Source of the DNA: a virus
IMG/VR virus record: IMGVR_UViG_3300048913_000162
DNA: 38,179 nucleotides
Reading direction: 5' to 3' (one strand)
Shown: positions 17,356 to 24,668 of the stretch, one piece after another
Layout of the letters: each line of letters starts with the position of its first letter
Position numbering within the stretch: the stretch's first letter is position 1
Position numbers and translations under genes: made by a program
Notes under the pieces: model-generated
What the model was told of the DNA's origin: nothing
What the model saw: only the letters and a program-made list of their open reading frames with translations
Database searches by the model: none

Positions 17356-18659
17356 TAATCCTGTTCGCGCAAGCGTGTCTGCCGCGCAATGATTTCGTTT
17401 ATCGTGCGTTGCATCGGCCAGCGCGGAGGCGCTTCTTCCTTTGGCCTGTACTCCTCGCGCCATACCAAACATGCATAACGGAAGGCGTCCGCGTAGTGGC
17501 TGGTCCAGTCATGGCGCGGCTTGTCACGGAAACATTTCTTATCCTCATCATACTCTCTTTGGTATTGTTTGAGAGCATCTATACCTTCAGCGCATGCTGA
17601 ATCGATGAATATATCGGCAAGCGTCAGACGCGCAGCCTGGATGCCGTCGACCAATCCAAGCTCAGGCACGATACGAGGTTTCCATCCCAACGAGGTGAAT
17701 TGCTGCTCAATGCTACGGCCGGTTTGAAGGCTCTTAGCGCGTGCGTCGTGTGGCAGCCACAGCCACTGTCCATAGCGGTATGGCTTCGAGCGCAGCACGT
17801 CGTTGTAATGCGAGATTGGCATGCCATTTGTTGCATAGCAGTCAATGAGGCGAAGCTCTTTGCCGACTTGGAACCAGAAGATTGCCGTGTCGTCACTAAA
17901 ACCCAAGTCCATTACTGCATGAACTGGCAGGTTCGGATCGTACAGGCCGGGCTTGATGCGGCCCTGCTGTTCGGCCAACCATAGCTCTTTGCCGTAAATC
18001 GCGCCCGGCAATGCGGCGTCGAAGTCGCATTCCATCTCCTGCCGCCATGCGTCTTCGGTCAACTCCTTCTGCAACTCGGCAAGCTCAGCGGCTGGCAATA
18101 AGCCCGACTCGCTCGCGCGGATCGTCAGGCAAAGCCAGTTGTTGGCGGTCTTGGCGTGCTCGTAGACTTCCCAGAACTGATTTCGCCCCTTTGGCGTGCC
18201 GATGATGATCGCCCAGCCGCCACGGTCAGCCAGAGCCGGTCGAATGACATAGCTCCAGACACTCGGCTTCCAATCGCCATATTCGTCAGCCACAATGCCA
18301 TCGAAGAACAGCCCTCGCAGTGCATTAGCGTTATCCGCGCCGAATAGACGGATGCGGCTGCCGTTCGGGTAATCGATGCGCAACTCGCTTTCGTTGATCT
18401 CAATGCCCGGGATCGCCCCGCTGAAGTGCTTGAGGTAGTCCCATGCCACCGCCTTTGCCTGCGAATAGAACGGCGCGACGTAGGCAAAGCGCCCATCGTC
18501 GCGATGGAACGTCAGTGCGGCCCGAATCAGATCATTGATGCATGCCACCGTCTTGCCGGCGCGCCTGTGAGCGACGACGACAGCCCAACGCTGCTTCCGT
18601 CGATGCAGATCGAGGAAAGCGCCTCGCGGCTTGTACTGGATGCGGATTACTCCAGCCAT
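17355..18659 (-). CDS. terL: Terminase large subunit
   Basis: Walker A-like VVVAHRRAGKTVA, Walker B-like FFDGIVADEYG, and a C-terminal nuclease-like region with conserved acidic residues. 434 aa, overlapping TerS. Confidence 0.9.
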   Translation of the reverse strand: MAGVIRIQYKPRGAFLDLHRRKQRWAVVVAHRRAGKTVACINDLIRAALTFHRDDGRFAYVAPFYSQAKAVAWDYLKHFSGAIPGIEINESELRIDYPNGSRIRLFGADNANALRGLFFDGIVADEYGDWKPSVWSYVIRPALADRGGWAIIIGTPKGRNQFWEVYEHAKTANNWLCLTIRASESGLLPAAELAELQKELTEDAWRQEMECDFDAALPGAIYGKELWLAEQQGRIKPGLYDPNLPVHAVMDLGFSDDTAIFWFQVGKELRLIDCYATNGMPISHYNDVLRSKPYRYGQWLWLPHDARAKSLQTGRSIEQQFTSLGWKPRIVPELGLVDGIQAARLTLADIFIDSACAEGIDALKQYQREYDEDKKCFRDKPRHDWTSHYADAFRYACLVWREEYRPKEEAPPRWPMQRTINEIIARQTRLREQD

Positions 18660-18955
18660 CCGAATTTCACCGTGCCGCGATGCTCGTTGTCGGTTGGCTG
18701 CACAGGCTTGCCGTACCCGCGCTCAATAATCGCGAGTGCCGCCGTCAGCTGGTCACGCTCCTTCTCGCCACGCTCCATGATCCGAACGAGCGTATCGAGC
18801 GCCTGAGGCGTTTTGTCCTTGCATGCCTGGATGAGATCGATCTCTTCCTGCGTGCGGGCTGGGCGGCCGCCAGGGTTGCCTGACTGGCCCTTCTGGAATG
18901 CCCGCCCGCGTGGCTTTGCTTTTGCTGCTTTGCCGCTGTTTTCTGCTGTTCCCAT
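18647..18955 (-). CDS. terS: Terminase small subunit (DUF5681-like)
   Basis: The motif FQKGQSGNPGGRPA is typical of this small-terminase family. 102 aa immediately upstream of, and overlapping, TerL. Confidence 0.7.
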   Translation of the reverse strand: MGTAENSGKAAKAKPRGRAFQKGQSGNPGGRPARTQEEIDLIQACKDKTPQALDTLVRIMERGEKERDQLTAALAIIERGYGKPVQPTDNEHRGTVKFGWLE

Positions 18956-18965
18956 TTACTTCTCC

Positions 18966-18981
18966 GGCGCCTCTCGGCGTT
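18966..18981 (-). repeat. Late-operon stem-loop motif, copy upstream of terS
   Basis: The mRNA strand reads AAAACGCCGAGAGGCGCCGGAGAAGTAAATG. Confidence 0.6.
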
Positions 18982-18996
18982 TTGTTACGTGCTCAG

Positions 18997-19026
18997 ATAT
19001 TACCGTACGTAATCAACCGTGCTCAA
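18997..19026 (-). promoter_or_regulatory. Candidate sigma70-type promoter in front of the packaging/late genes
   Basis: The minus strand reads TTGAGC-N18-TAATAT, the same -10 hexamer as the PR-like and PL-like promoters. It is flanked by the direct repeat TGAGCACG (plus-strand cgtgctca at 18988 and 19018). Confidence 0.35.
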
Positions 19027-19036
19027 TCGGGTTGGG

Positions 19037-19168
19037 CTAGTCATCCGTTCTGTCGGCGATCTCCCTCGCGCCACGGTCAAATGCGATAGCGAGCCAGATA
19101 GCAGCCGCAAAGCCAGCGATGAAGCTCAGGATGATGAGTGCGGCGAAGGGGAAATCTGGGTTAGTCAT
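19037..19168 (-). CDS. Hypothetical 43-aa single-pass membrane peptide
   Basis: MTNPDFPFAALIILSFIAGFAAAIWLAIAFDRGAREIADRTDD. GGAG RBS and ATGA coupling to the upstream mini-ORF. Below the ORF-track size cutoff. Confidence 0.4.
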   Translation of the reverse strand: MTNPDFPFAALIILSFIAGFAAAIWLAIAFDRGAREIADRTDD

Positions 19169-19344
19169 TCTTTCCACTCCAAGTCAAGGATAAGGATCAC
19201 GCCGAGGAACAAGACCATCGCAATGTCAAACGCGATACAGCCCCATTCATGAGGAGCGCGCACAAAATCGATCCCGAGACTGGCACTCCAAAAGATCAGA
19301 AGGCACGGGCCAATCAATGGCCAATATCGTTTCAGGGTTGGCAT
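19165..19344 (-). CDS. Hypothetical 59-aa two-helix membrane peptide
   Basis: MPTLKRYWPLIGPCLLIFWSASLGIDFVRAPHEWGCIAFDIAMVLFLGVILILDLEWKE. The start overlaps the ninG end by 13 nt. Confidence 0.4.
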   Translation of the reverse strand: MPTLKRYWPLIGPCLLIFWSASLGIDFVRAPHEWGCIAFDIAMVLFLGVILILDLEWKE

Positions 19345-19979
19345 GCTGTCTCCTTCAGTGCGCGCAGCTTGGCGCGGTATTCTGTCTTGATGGCGATGAG
19401 TTCTTCGATGGTCCAGCGCTTTTCAGTTGGCGCGTACTCTAGGGCTTCGAGCTCCTGTACCGCAGCCTCCCCAATACGGGCAACCAGACCAATTCGATAC
19501 TTCGCCCGAGTTGTACCGCCAGAGCGATTGCATCCCTTTCGCTGCTTGTGAACGTTGTTCTCGTTGAACCTGAGATGAGACGCATGGCCCCGACTGATCC
19601 AGTGACCGGCATCCCAACCACCTCCCAAGCCGCCTGCGCCTGAGGCATCAAATGATCCACAACATATGCACGGCAAGTCCCGGTCCCGATAACGTATAAA
19701 TGCATTAAAAGCGGCTTGAGCTTCATTGAGGTGGTCTCCTTTCTTCTTGTTGGCGGCGCGGTATTCTCGGAGTTCCTTGCGGTCGGCCTTCTCGCGTTCT
19801 CGGCGCACATGGGTGGCGGCGCAGGCCGGGCCACACACCCGCTGTCCCATGCGCTGCGGCCTGAACGTCTCGGCGCAGATGGTGCACTTGCGCTGCCGGA
19901 ACGTAGACGTCGACTTGAGTATCGGCCCGCGCTGTCCGAGCGGAGCCTTGCGCTTGAGAGGCGAGCGGGAGAGGGTCAT
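19332..19979 (-). CDS. ninG: NinG/Rap-family recombination endonuclease
   Basis: Clear similarity to lambda NinG: N-terminal CxxC..C zinc motif, AFNAFIRYRDRDLPCICCG, WDAGHW, LRFNENNVHKQ..GCN, RIGEAAVQELE, RWTIEELIAIKTEYRAKL. Confidence 0.85.
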   Translation of the reverse strand: MTLSRSPLKRKAPLGQRGPILKSTSTFRQRKCTICAETFRPQRMGQRVCGPACAATHVRREREKADRKELREYRAANKKKGDHLNEAQAAFNAFIRYRDRDLPCICCGSFDASGAGGLGGGWDAGHWISRGHASHLRFNENNVHKQRKGCNRSGGTTRAKYRIGLVARIGEAAVQELEALEYAPTEKRWTIEELIAIKTEYRAKLRALKETACQP

Positions 19980-20287
19980 GGCTGCACCGCCTTCATCTTC
20001 AGCAGCTTCTGCGTCATCTCAGTGGCCATCGCTTTGCCGTCATGCTTGTCCGGATGGCACAGCAAGATAAGGCGCTGCAGATCGTCTGCAGTGAACTGTG
20101 TAGGTACGTTACTCGGGATGCGCGCCTTCTTCAAAAATGTTTCGCCACCGAGTTCGTTGATTCGGTCAACCAACGCATCCCATTTCGCCCTGAGGCGCTT
20201 GCATTCTTTGGAGTAGTGGTATGCCTGCGCCTCGAATAACTCGGCGCGCCGCTCAACTTCCGCGAATCTCGATTTCGTCACGAACAT
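19976..20287 (-). CDS. Small coiled-coil protein with a C-terminal J-domain-like segment (HPD motif)
   Basis: FTADDLQRLILLCHPDKHDGKAMATEMTQKLLKMK reads as helix II, the HPD loop and helix III of a DnaJ J-domain. ATGA coupling to ninG. Confidence 0.55.
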   Translation of the reverse strand: MFVTKSRFAEVERRAELFEAQAYHYSKECKRLRAKWDALVDRINELGGETFLKKARIPSNVPTQFTADDLQRLILLCHPDKHDGKAMATEMTQKLLKMKAVQP

Positions 20288-20349
20288 CGTTCAGGTTCTC
20301 CCTTATCGTTTTTGATGCCGCCCGGAGGACGTGCGGGGTGGTGGTGCGA

Positions 20350-20745
20350 TCAGGCGCCGCCGATGCCTTCGGATGGGTCCTCGTACCATGCGCGGCGGCG
20401 GCGCTGGGCCTTGTCGAATGCGGTCAGGCAGTCGGCCAAGAACTCCGCGAGGATGAAGTCTGGCGTGTTCGAGCCGTTTTCCTTACTGGCCCGGTTGATG
20501 GCCGAGGCGAGATCGCTCGCGAACGGCGACATATCCGGCAGCGGCGCCGGGCCGGTAGTCCTAGTGCCGTCGGCGTAAGTCTTCGTTTCGATTGCGGAGG
20601 CCCTGATCGAGTGAGCCCAGACGCCCGGCGTCCCGCCGTCCACGCAACGCCAGCTTTTCATTGATTCGGCTTTCTGGTCCAACTGGTCTGCCTGCGCCGC
20701 CTGGTACGTCGCCTCAATCACGACCGGCTTTTTTCGGGATTTCAT
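20350..20745 (-). CDS. Hypothetical protein (131 aa)
   Basis: ATG start and GC3-rich. No family recognised. Confidence 0.6.
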   Translation of the reverse strand: MKSRKKPVVIEATYQAAQADQLDQKAESMKSWRCVDGGTPGVWAHSIRASAIETKTYADGTRTTGPAPLPDMSPFASDLASAINRASKENGSNTPDFILAEFLADCLTAFDKAQRRRRAWYEDPSEGIGGA

Positions 20746-20800
20746 GTCTGCCTTTCAGGTTGGTGCTTCGGTTGGTGCGCCTTCGCGCGAAATAGTCTCG

Positions 20801-20905
20801 TCAGGCCCTCATGCGCACGCCCAGCCTGAGCATGAGCAGGGCGAATTGCAGGCCGGCGAAGTTCTCAAGGTGGCCTGTCATGCGCAGGCGTTGCTGTTTT
20901 GTCAT
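20801..20905 (-). CDS. Hypothetical 34-aa hydrophobic peptide
   Basis: MTKQQRLRMTGHLENFAGLQFALLMLRLGVRMRA. GGAG 6 nt upstream, directly after the PAPS-reductase-like gene stop. Weak call. Confidence 0.25.
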   Translation of the reverse strand: MTKQQRLRMTGHLENFAGLQFALLMLRLGVRMRA

Positions 20906-20916
20906 GATGTCTCCAG

Positions 20917-21879
20917 TCATTCGCAAAGCCCGTAGGCGGATGCGCAAGCGGTAGAATCCTCCAGTGCGGTCAGCAAAGAGAACTGGCGCCCACCACGGCT
21001 GGTTTTGCTCCATTCGACGACGGCATAGATGTCGTTGGCTCGGGCATGCTCCACTTGGTTCTGAACTTTGCGGCCATTCGTCGGTGCCGGGATGAAGCTG
21101 GATGAGGCCCGTTTGCTGGCTTGGCCCACAAGCCGCTCCCAAGCCGCAATCCGCTCGACATGCTCAGGAAAGCGGCGTGAGATGGCATGGATTTCATCTT
21201 TCGACGCGTTGATGCATGGCATGCAGCCGACCCTGCTCATCCCCATCGTGTAGAGCGGATTGTTCTGGATGCCTTGGGCAGCGCAATATGCAAATACATC
21301 CGACGCGCTCCACTCAACCAGCGGGCGGAATACGTACATATGCTTGTCCAGTCGCTCAAATTTGATGGCATCCTTACGAGCGGCCGACTCATCTCGACGC
21401 ACACCTTGCCAGCTAACTACGGTATGCCCCTGTTCGATCAAGGCCAACTGATACTCAACGGCTAGGTTGCGCTTGAGCTGCTCGGTGCAGAACTGACCCT
21501 TCCTACTTGGGAAACGCCCCTTCCATAAGCAGAGGTCGAGGAACGGATTGCCCGTTGGCTGAAGCACTGCGAGCGCGCGACGCTTTGCCTTGTTGCTCCA
21601 GCGCAGACGACGCCCATTCTTACGGCCAGTACGCTGGTCACGGGCAATGAACATCCGCTTCCGGGCGATCTCGTCCCTGAAGTCGGCACGTAGGCGATCA
21701 ATATGGATCTCAAGGGCCAGTTCAAGGTACGCTAGGTATTCATAGACCGCTTCGTGCTCGTTGCCTGTGTCACAGAAGATGGCGCGCACGCGATGTCTTC
21801 CGAATCGCTCGATAGCCATCAGAAGCGTTGCTGCGCTGTCTTTGCCACCTGATACCGATACGACGTGGATGATGCTCAT
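20917..21879 (-). CDS. PAPS-reductase / PP-loop ATP-pyrophosphatase family protein (DndC/IbrA-like class)
   Basis: PP-loop SVSGGKDSAA near the N-terminus, WQGVRRDESAARK, and GCMPC near the C-terminus. ATG 21879 has ATGA coupling to the upstream gene and an AGGGA RBS. Confidence 0.8.
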   Translation of the reverse strand: MSIIHVVSVSGGKDSAATLLMAIERFGRHRVRAIFCDTGNEHEAVYEYLAYLELALEIHIDRLRADFRDEIARKRMFIARDQRTGRKNGRRLRWSNKAKRRALAVLQPTGNPFLDLCLWKGRFPSRKGQFCTEQLKRNLAVEYQLALIEQGHTVVSWQGVRRDESAARKDAIKFERLDKHMYVFRPLVEWSASDVFAYCAAQGIQNNPLYTMGMSRVGCMPCINASKDEIHAISRRFPEHVERIAAWERLVGQASKRASSSFIPAPTNGRKVQNQVEHARANDIYAVVEWSKTSRGGRQFSLLTALEDSTACASAYGLCE

Positions 21880-22079
21880 TGTTGTCCCTTCAGTTGTCGT
21901 TCTGCCCACTTCCTACGCTGAGCCTTGTCCGTCGCTTCCTGCCACAGCACGCAAGCCTCGTTCGTGTCGTCGTGCCGCCGCATCCTCTCGTAGCCGTCGC
22001 AGTAGCCGTGGCCGGGTGGGGCGTCGGCTTGGCGGTGGAAGCGCTGGCACAGGACGCATGGGGAGGGTGGGCGGTTCAT
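21876..22079 (-). CDS. Hypothetical Cys-rich small protein (67 aa)
   Basis: MNRPPSPCVLCQRFH...GYCDGY...ACVLW. ATGA coupling on both sides. Confidence 0.5.
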   Translation of the reverse strand: MNRPPSPCVLCQRFHRQADAPPGHGYCDGYERMRRHDDTNEACVLWQEATDKAQRRKWAERQLKGQQ

Positions 22080-22255
22080 GGCTCGGCACTCCGTTCCATA
22101 GCTTCGGCGGCGAATTTGGTCTGGATCATCAACAGGTCTTTGTCGCCTTGCTCTTGGCGCCAAAGGATCCGCTTGGCCCATGCTTTGAAGTCGCGGCCGG
22201 CTTCGGTGACTATCGGGAAGCGCGCCGCGGCTTCGAGTTCAAGTTGCAGGCTCAT
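22076..22255 (-). CDS. Hypothetical protein (59 aa)
   Basis: ATG 2 nt after the DnaC-like stop. The ORF-track start at 22261 is TTG. Confidence 0.5.
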   Translation of the reverse strand: MSLQLELEAAARFPIVTEAGRDFKAWAKRILWRQEQGDKDLLMIQTKFAAEAMERSAEP

Positions 22256-22257
22256 GG

Positions 22258-23007
22258 TCAACGCCTACGGAAGCTTGGCCAGTCGAACGAGCACACGTAT
22301 GCGTTCTCATGCAGGCGATCGTCGACGCGGTCGCCAACGAACTTGGCGAGGTTGTCGAACGGCTGGTTCGTGATCACCACGACCGGTTTCTCCTCGTTGT
22401 AGCGACGGTTGATAATTTCGGTCAGCAGGATGTTCGCGTTCTCGCGGTCCGGCTTGGCGTCGATCTCGTCGATGATGAGCACGTTGTATTGCAGGAAACG
22501 GAGCACTTCGCCTTCTTCACTCTTGGTCTCGTCGCTGTACGAGGCCTGTATCTCCGCGATCATCTGCTTGGCAGTGCAGTAGCGGACCGACATGTTCAGG
22601 TTGTCGATCAGTGCTTCGGCCAGTTCGGACGCCAGCAACGTCTTGCCGGTGCCAACGCCGCCAAAGAGCACGAGGACAGCCCATTGCTGTTTGGCTGCGA
22701 TGGCGTCACGGAAGGCCTTGACGGTGCTGCGGACGATTTTCTGTTCTGGCGTCGTGGCTTCAAACTTCGCGCCCTGGTACTTGGTCGGTACGCCAGCAAT
22801 CCGATGCAGCGTGGACCGGCGTTGCTCAAGCCACTTGCGCTCCGATTCCTCCTTCGCCTTGATCTGCTCGCAGGTCGGGCAAGACCACGGGCGATCCGCG
22901 AAGCGCTTCGGAAGATAGTTGATCGCTTTGCCGTGCTCAGCGCACTCGCCCTCGATCTCAATGAGGCCCTTCATGAAGCCGCCGGTGATATTTGCGATGT
23001 TTTCCAT
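22258..23007 (-). CDS. DnaC/IstB-like AAA+ helicase loader with an N-terminal zinc-finger-like segment
   Basis: Walker A LFGGVGTGKTLLA and Walker B VLIIDEID. N-terminal CAEHG...CPTC. ATG 23007 has GAGG 6 nt upstream. Confidence 0.8.
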   Translation of the reverse strand: MENIANITGGFMKGLIEIEGECAEHGKAINYLPKRFADRPWSCPTCEQIKAKEESERKWLEQRRSTLHRIAGVPTKYQGAKFEATTPEQKIVRSTVKAFRDAIAAKQQWAVLVLFGGVGTGKTLLASELAEALIDNLNMSVRYCTAKQMIAEIQASYSDETKSEEGEVLRFLQYNVLIIDEIDAKPDRENANILLTEIINRRYNEEKPVVVITNQPFDNLAKFVGDRVDDRLHENAYVCSFDWPSFRRR

Positions 23008-23015
23008 GTCTGGCC

Positions 23016-23807
23016 TCAAAATTCGATCTCGCCCTCAGGGACGGTGATTCCATGTTTCCGGATGCTTGCTTCCATCGCGGCTCGGGAACTGGAGTGGTCC
23101 AAGTTCGCCACTCGGAATTTGTCGCTGCCAGCAGAACCGGATGCGCCGATCTGCCTACGTTCGTTTCTGACCCAGTTCCGCCACGTCGCGGACCAGTCAA
23201 CCTTCGTGGCGTCCTTGCCTGACTTCGAGGTCCAGTAATCGCGGAAGCGGGCAGCAACGTCATCGATTCGCAAATCAGGACGCTCGGTTTCGCAGAAGCG
23301 AGCATCGGCGAGCGATGGAATCCAATCGGCCGTCAGCCTGGTCCCGGTGGTGCGGCGCACCTCTGATGGTTCCTTGATGGTTCCTTGATGGTTCCTGATG
23401 GTTCCGTGTCCCGTTTTTGGGACTGTTTCCACGGAATTTTGGGACTGTTTGATGGGAAAAACGGTACTGTTATCAGGGAATTTCGGGACTGTTCCGTTTT
23501 CGGAATCGTCCCGTTTTTGGGACTGTTCGACGGGCTTCGGATCGCGGTTCAAGCGGTAGACAGGAACCTGTTTCGTTACACCTTTGCGCGTACCGGTGTC
23601 GCTGATATAGCCCATGGCGGTCAATCTTTTGAGGTTTTCGAGTACGGTTTTGCGATCCTGCCCAGTCGCCTCGGTCAAGCTGACGACGCTCGGCCATGCG
23701 AGCCAGTCGCCGTCGCTGGCGTGGTTAGCCAGTGCGACCAGGACGAACTTCGCGGTCGAGTGCTTGACGGGCTGGGCAAAGGCCCAGTTGATTGCCTCAT
23801 TGCTCAT
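23016..23807 (-). CDS. Replication initiator (lambda O-like role): N-terminal winged-helix domain, iteron-encoding central region, DnaT/DnaD-like C-terminus
   Basis: MSNEAINWAFAQPVKHSTAKFVLVALANHASDGDWLAWPSVVSLTEATGQDRKTVLENLKRLTAMGYI is the helix-turn-helix_36 type. Iterons lie inside the gene, and a helicase loader follows. Confidence 0.7.
   Translation of the reverse strand: MSNEAINWAFAQPVKHSTAKFVLVALANHASDGDWLAWPSVVSLTEATGQDRKTVLENLKRLTAMGYISDTGTRKGVTKQVPVYRLNRDPKPVEQSQKRDDSENGTVPKFPDNSTVFPIKQSQNSVETVPKTGHGTIRNHQGTIKEPSEVRRTTGTRLTADWIPSLADARFCETERPDLRIDDVAARFRDYWTSKSGKDATKVDWSATWRNWVRNERRQIGASGSAGSDKFRVANLDHSSSRAAMEASIRKHGITVPEGEIEF
23364..23528. repeat. Origin-of-replication iteron array inside the initiator gene
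   Basis: Four copies of TGATGGTTCC at 23364, 23375, 23386 and 23396 (10-11 bp phasing). GGGACTGTT-type repeats at 23419, 23441, 23485 and 23519, plus a degenerate copy CGGTACTGTT at 23462. The first four of these five are phased at 22 bp. Confidence 0.7.
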
Positions 23808-24300
23808 GCAATGCCGCGTCCTGATACACGTTGCCGTCCTTGAGACGCTTGTAGATCGTCTGCATGGCTGCCGTGACTTCCCAGCGCTTGGCGATCGCCA
23901 TTTGTTCGTCATGAACGTGCAGGGCGGTTTCGATGTCGCGCAGGGCTTCGCCATCAAGGCGGAAGTTGCCGGTCTTGGCGCTGCGGATCTTGGCGCGGAA
24001 GCAGCCATCGAGGGCCGTTACCAGCTGCTGTTCGTACTCGGCGCCGATGCCTTTCTCGCACAAGACGAGAGCGACATTCAGCGCGCAGGCGACGCAGGAC
24101 CACGATTCCTCGTTGGCGTCACCAGTGCGCAGGTTCTCGAAAGAGAGCCAGTAGGCGACGCCAAGATCGGTCGTTTGGTCAGAGGTGAGGGTAGAGGCGT
24201 TCTCGCCGCGTGCGTGGCACATAGCGATGGCGACGAGGCCGCCGTGCTGTGATACCGCTCGCGGGCGGTATTGTTTACGGGGTTTCTTGGACTTGCTCAT
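23797..24300 (-). CDS. Hypothetical protein (167 aa)
   Basis: ATG with ATGA coupling to the upstream gene. No family recognised. Confidence 0.6.
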   Translation of the reverse strand: MSKSKKPRKQYRPRAVSQHGGLVAIAMCHARGENASTLTSDQTTDLGVAYWLSFENLRTGDANEESWSCVACALNVALVLCEKGIGAEYEQQLVTALDGCFRAKIRSAKTGNFRLDGEALRDIETALHVHDEQMAIAKRWEVTAAMQTIYKRLKDGNVYQDAALHEQ

Positions 24301-24668
24301 TTGGATTCCCCTGCGTTGCCGAACAGGGCCGCGACAAGGTAATCGCGACGGTTGATCGATTCGTATTGGCGAACGGTTTTTTGCTTAGGGGTGGCGCCTG
24401 GGATTGAACTTTGACGGGGGCTGGACGCGGTCGCGACGCAGTTTTGAGCCGGCCCGAGATGCCACACGTACTGAAAGCCGGCAGCACGATCAATTTCGAC
24501 ACGCTCACGGTGGGCGATGCCGGCGAGCTCCATTCGGTCGAGTTGGCTGGACACTCCCGAGCGGGAGTATCCGGTAAGCTTCCTCAGTTCTTCGTTCGAA
24601 CGCGGGGCAACTTTGAGCAGGGCCTCGATGGATTGAACCGAGAGGGAATGGCGATGGATCTTAGTCAT
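24297..24668 (-). CDS. Winged-helix (MarR-like) DNA-binding protein
   Basis: SNEELRKLTGYSRSGVSSQLDRMELAGIAHRERV is a wHTH pattern. ATG 24668 has ATGA coupling; the ORF-track start at 24677 is GTG. Confidence 0.55.
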   Translation of the reverse strand: MTKIHRHSLSVQSIEALLKVAPRSNEELRKLTGYSRSGVSSQLDRMELAGIAHRERVEIDRAAGFQYVWHLGPAQNCVATASSPRQSSIPGATPKQKTVRQYESINRRDYLVAALFGNAGESK

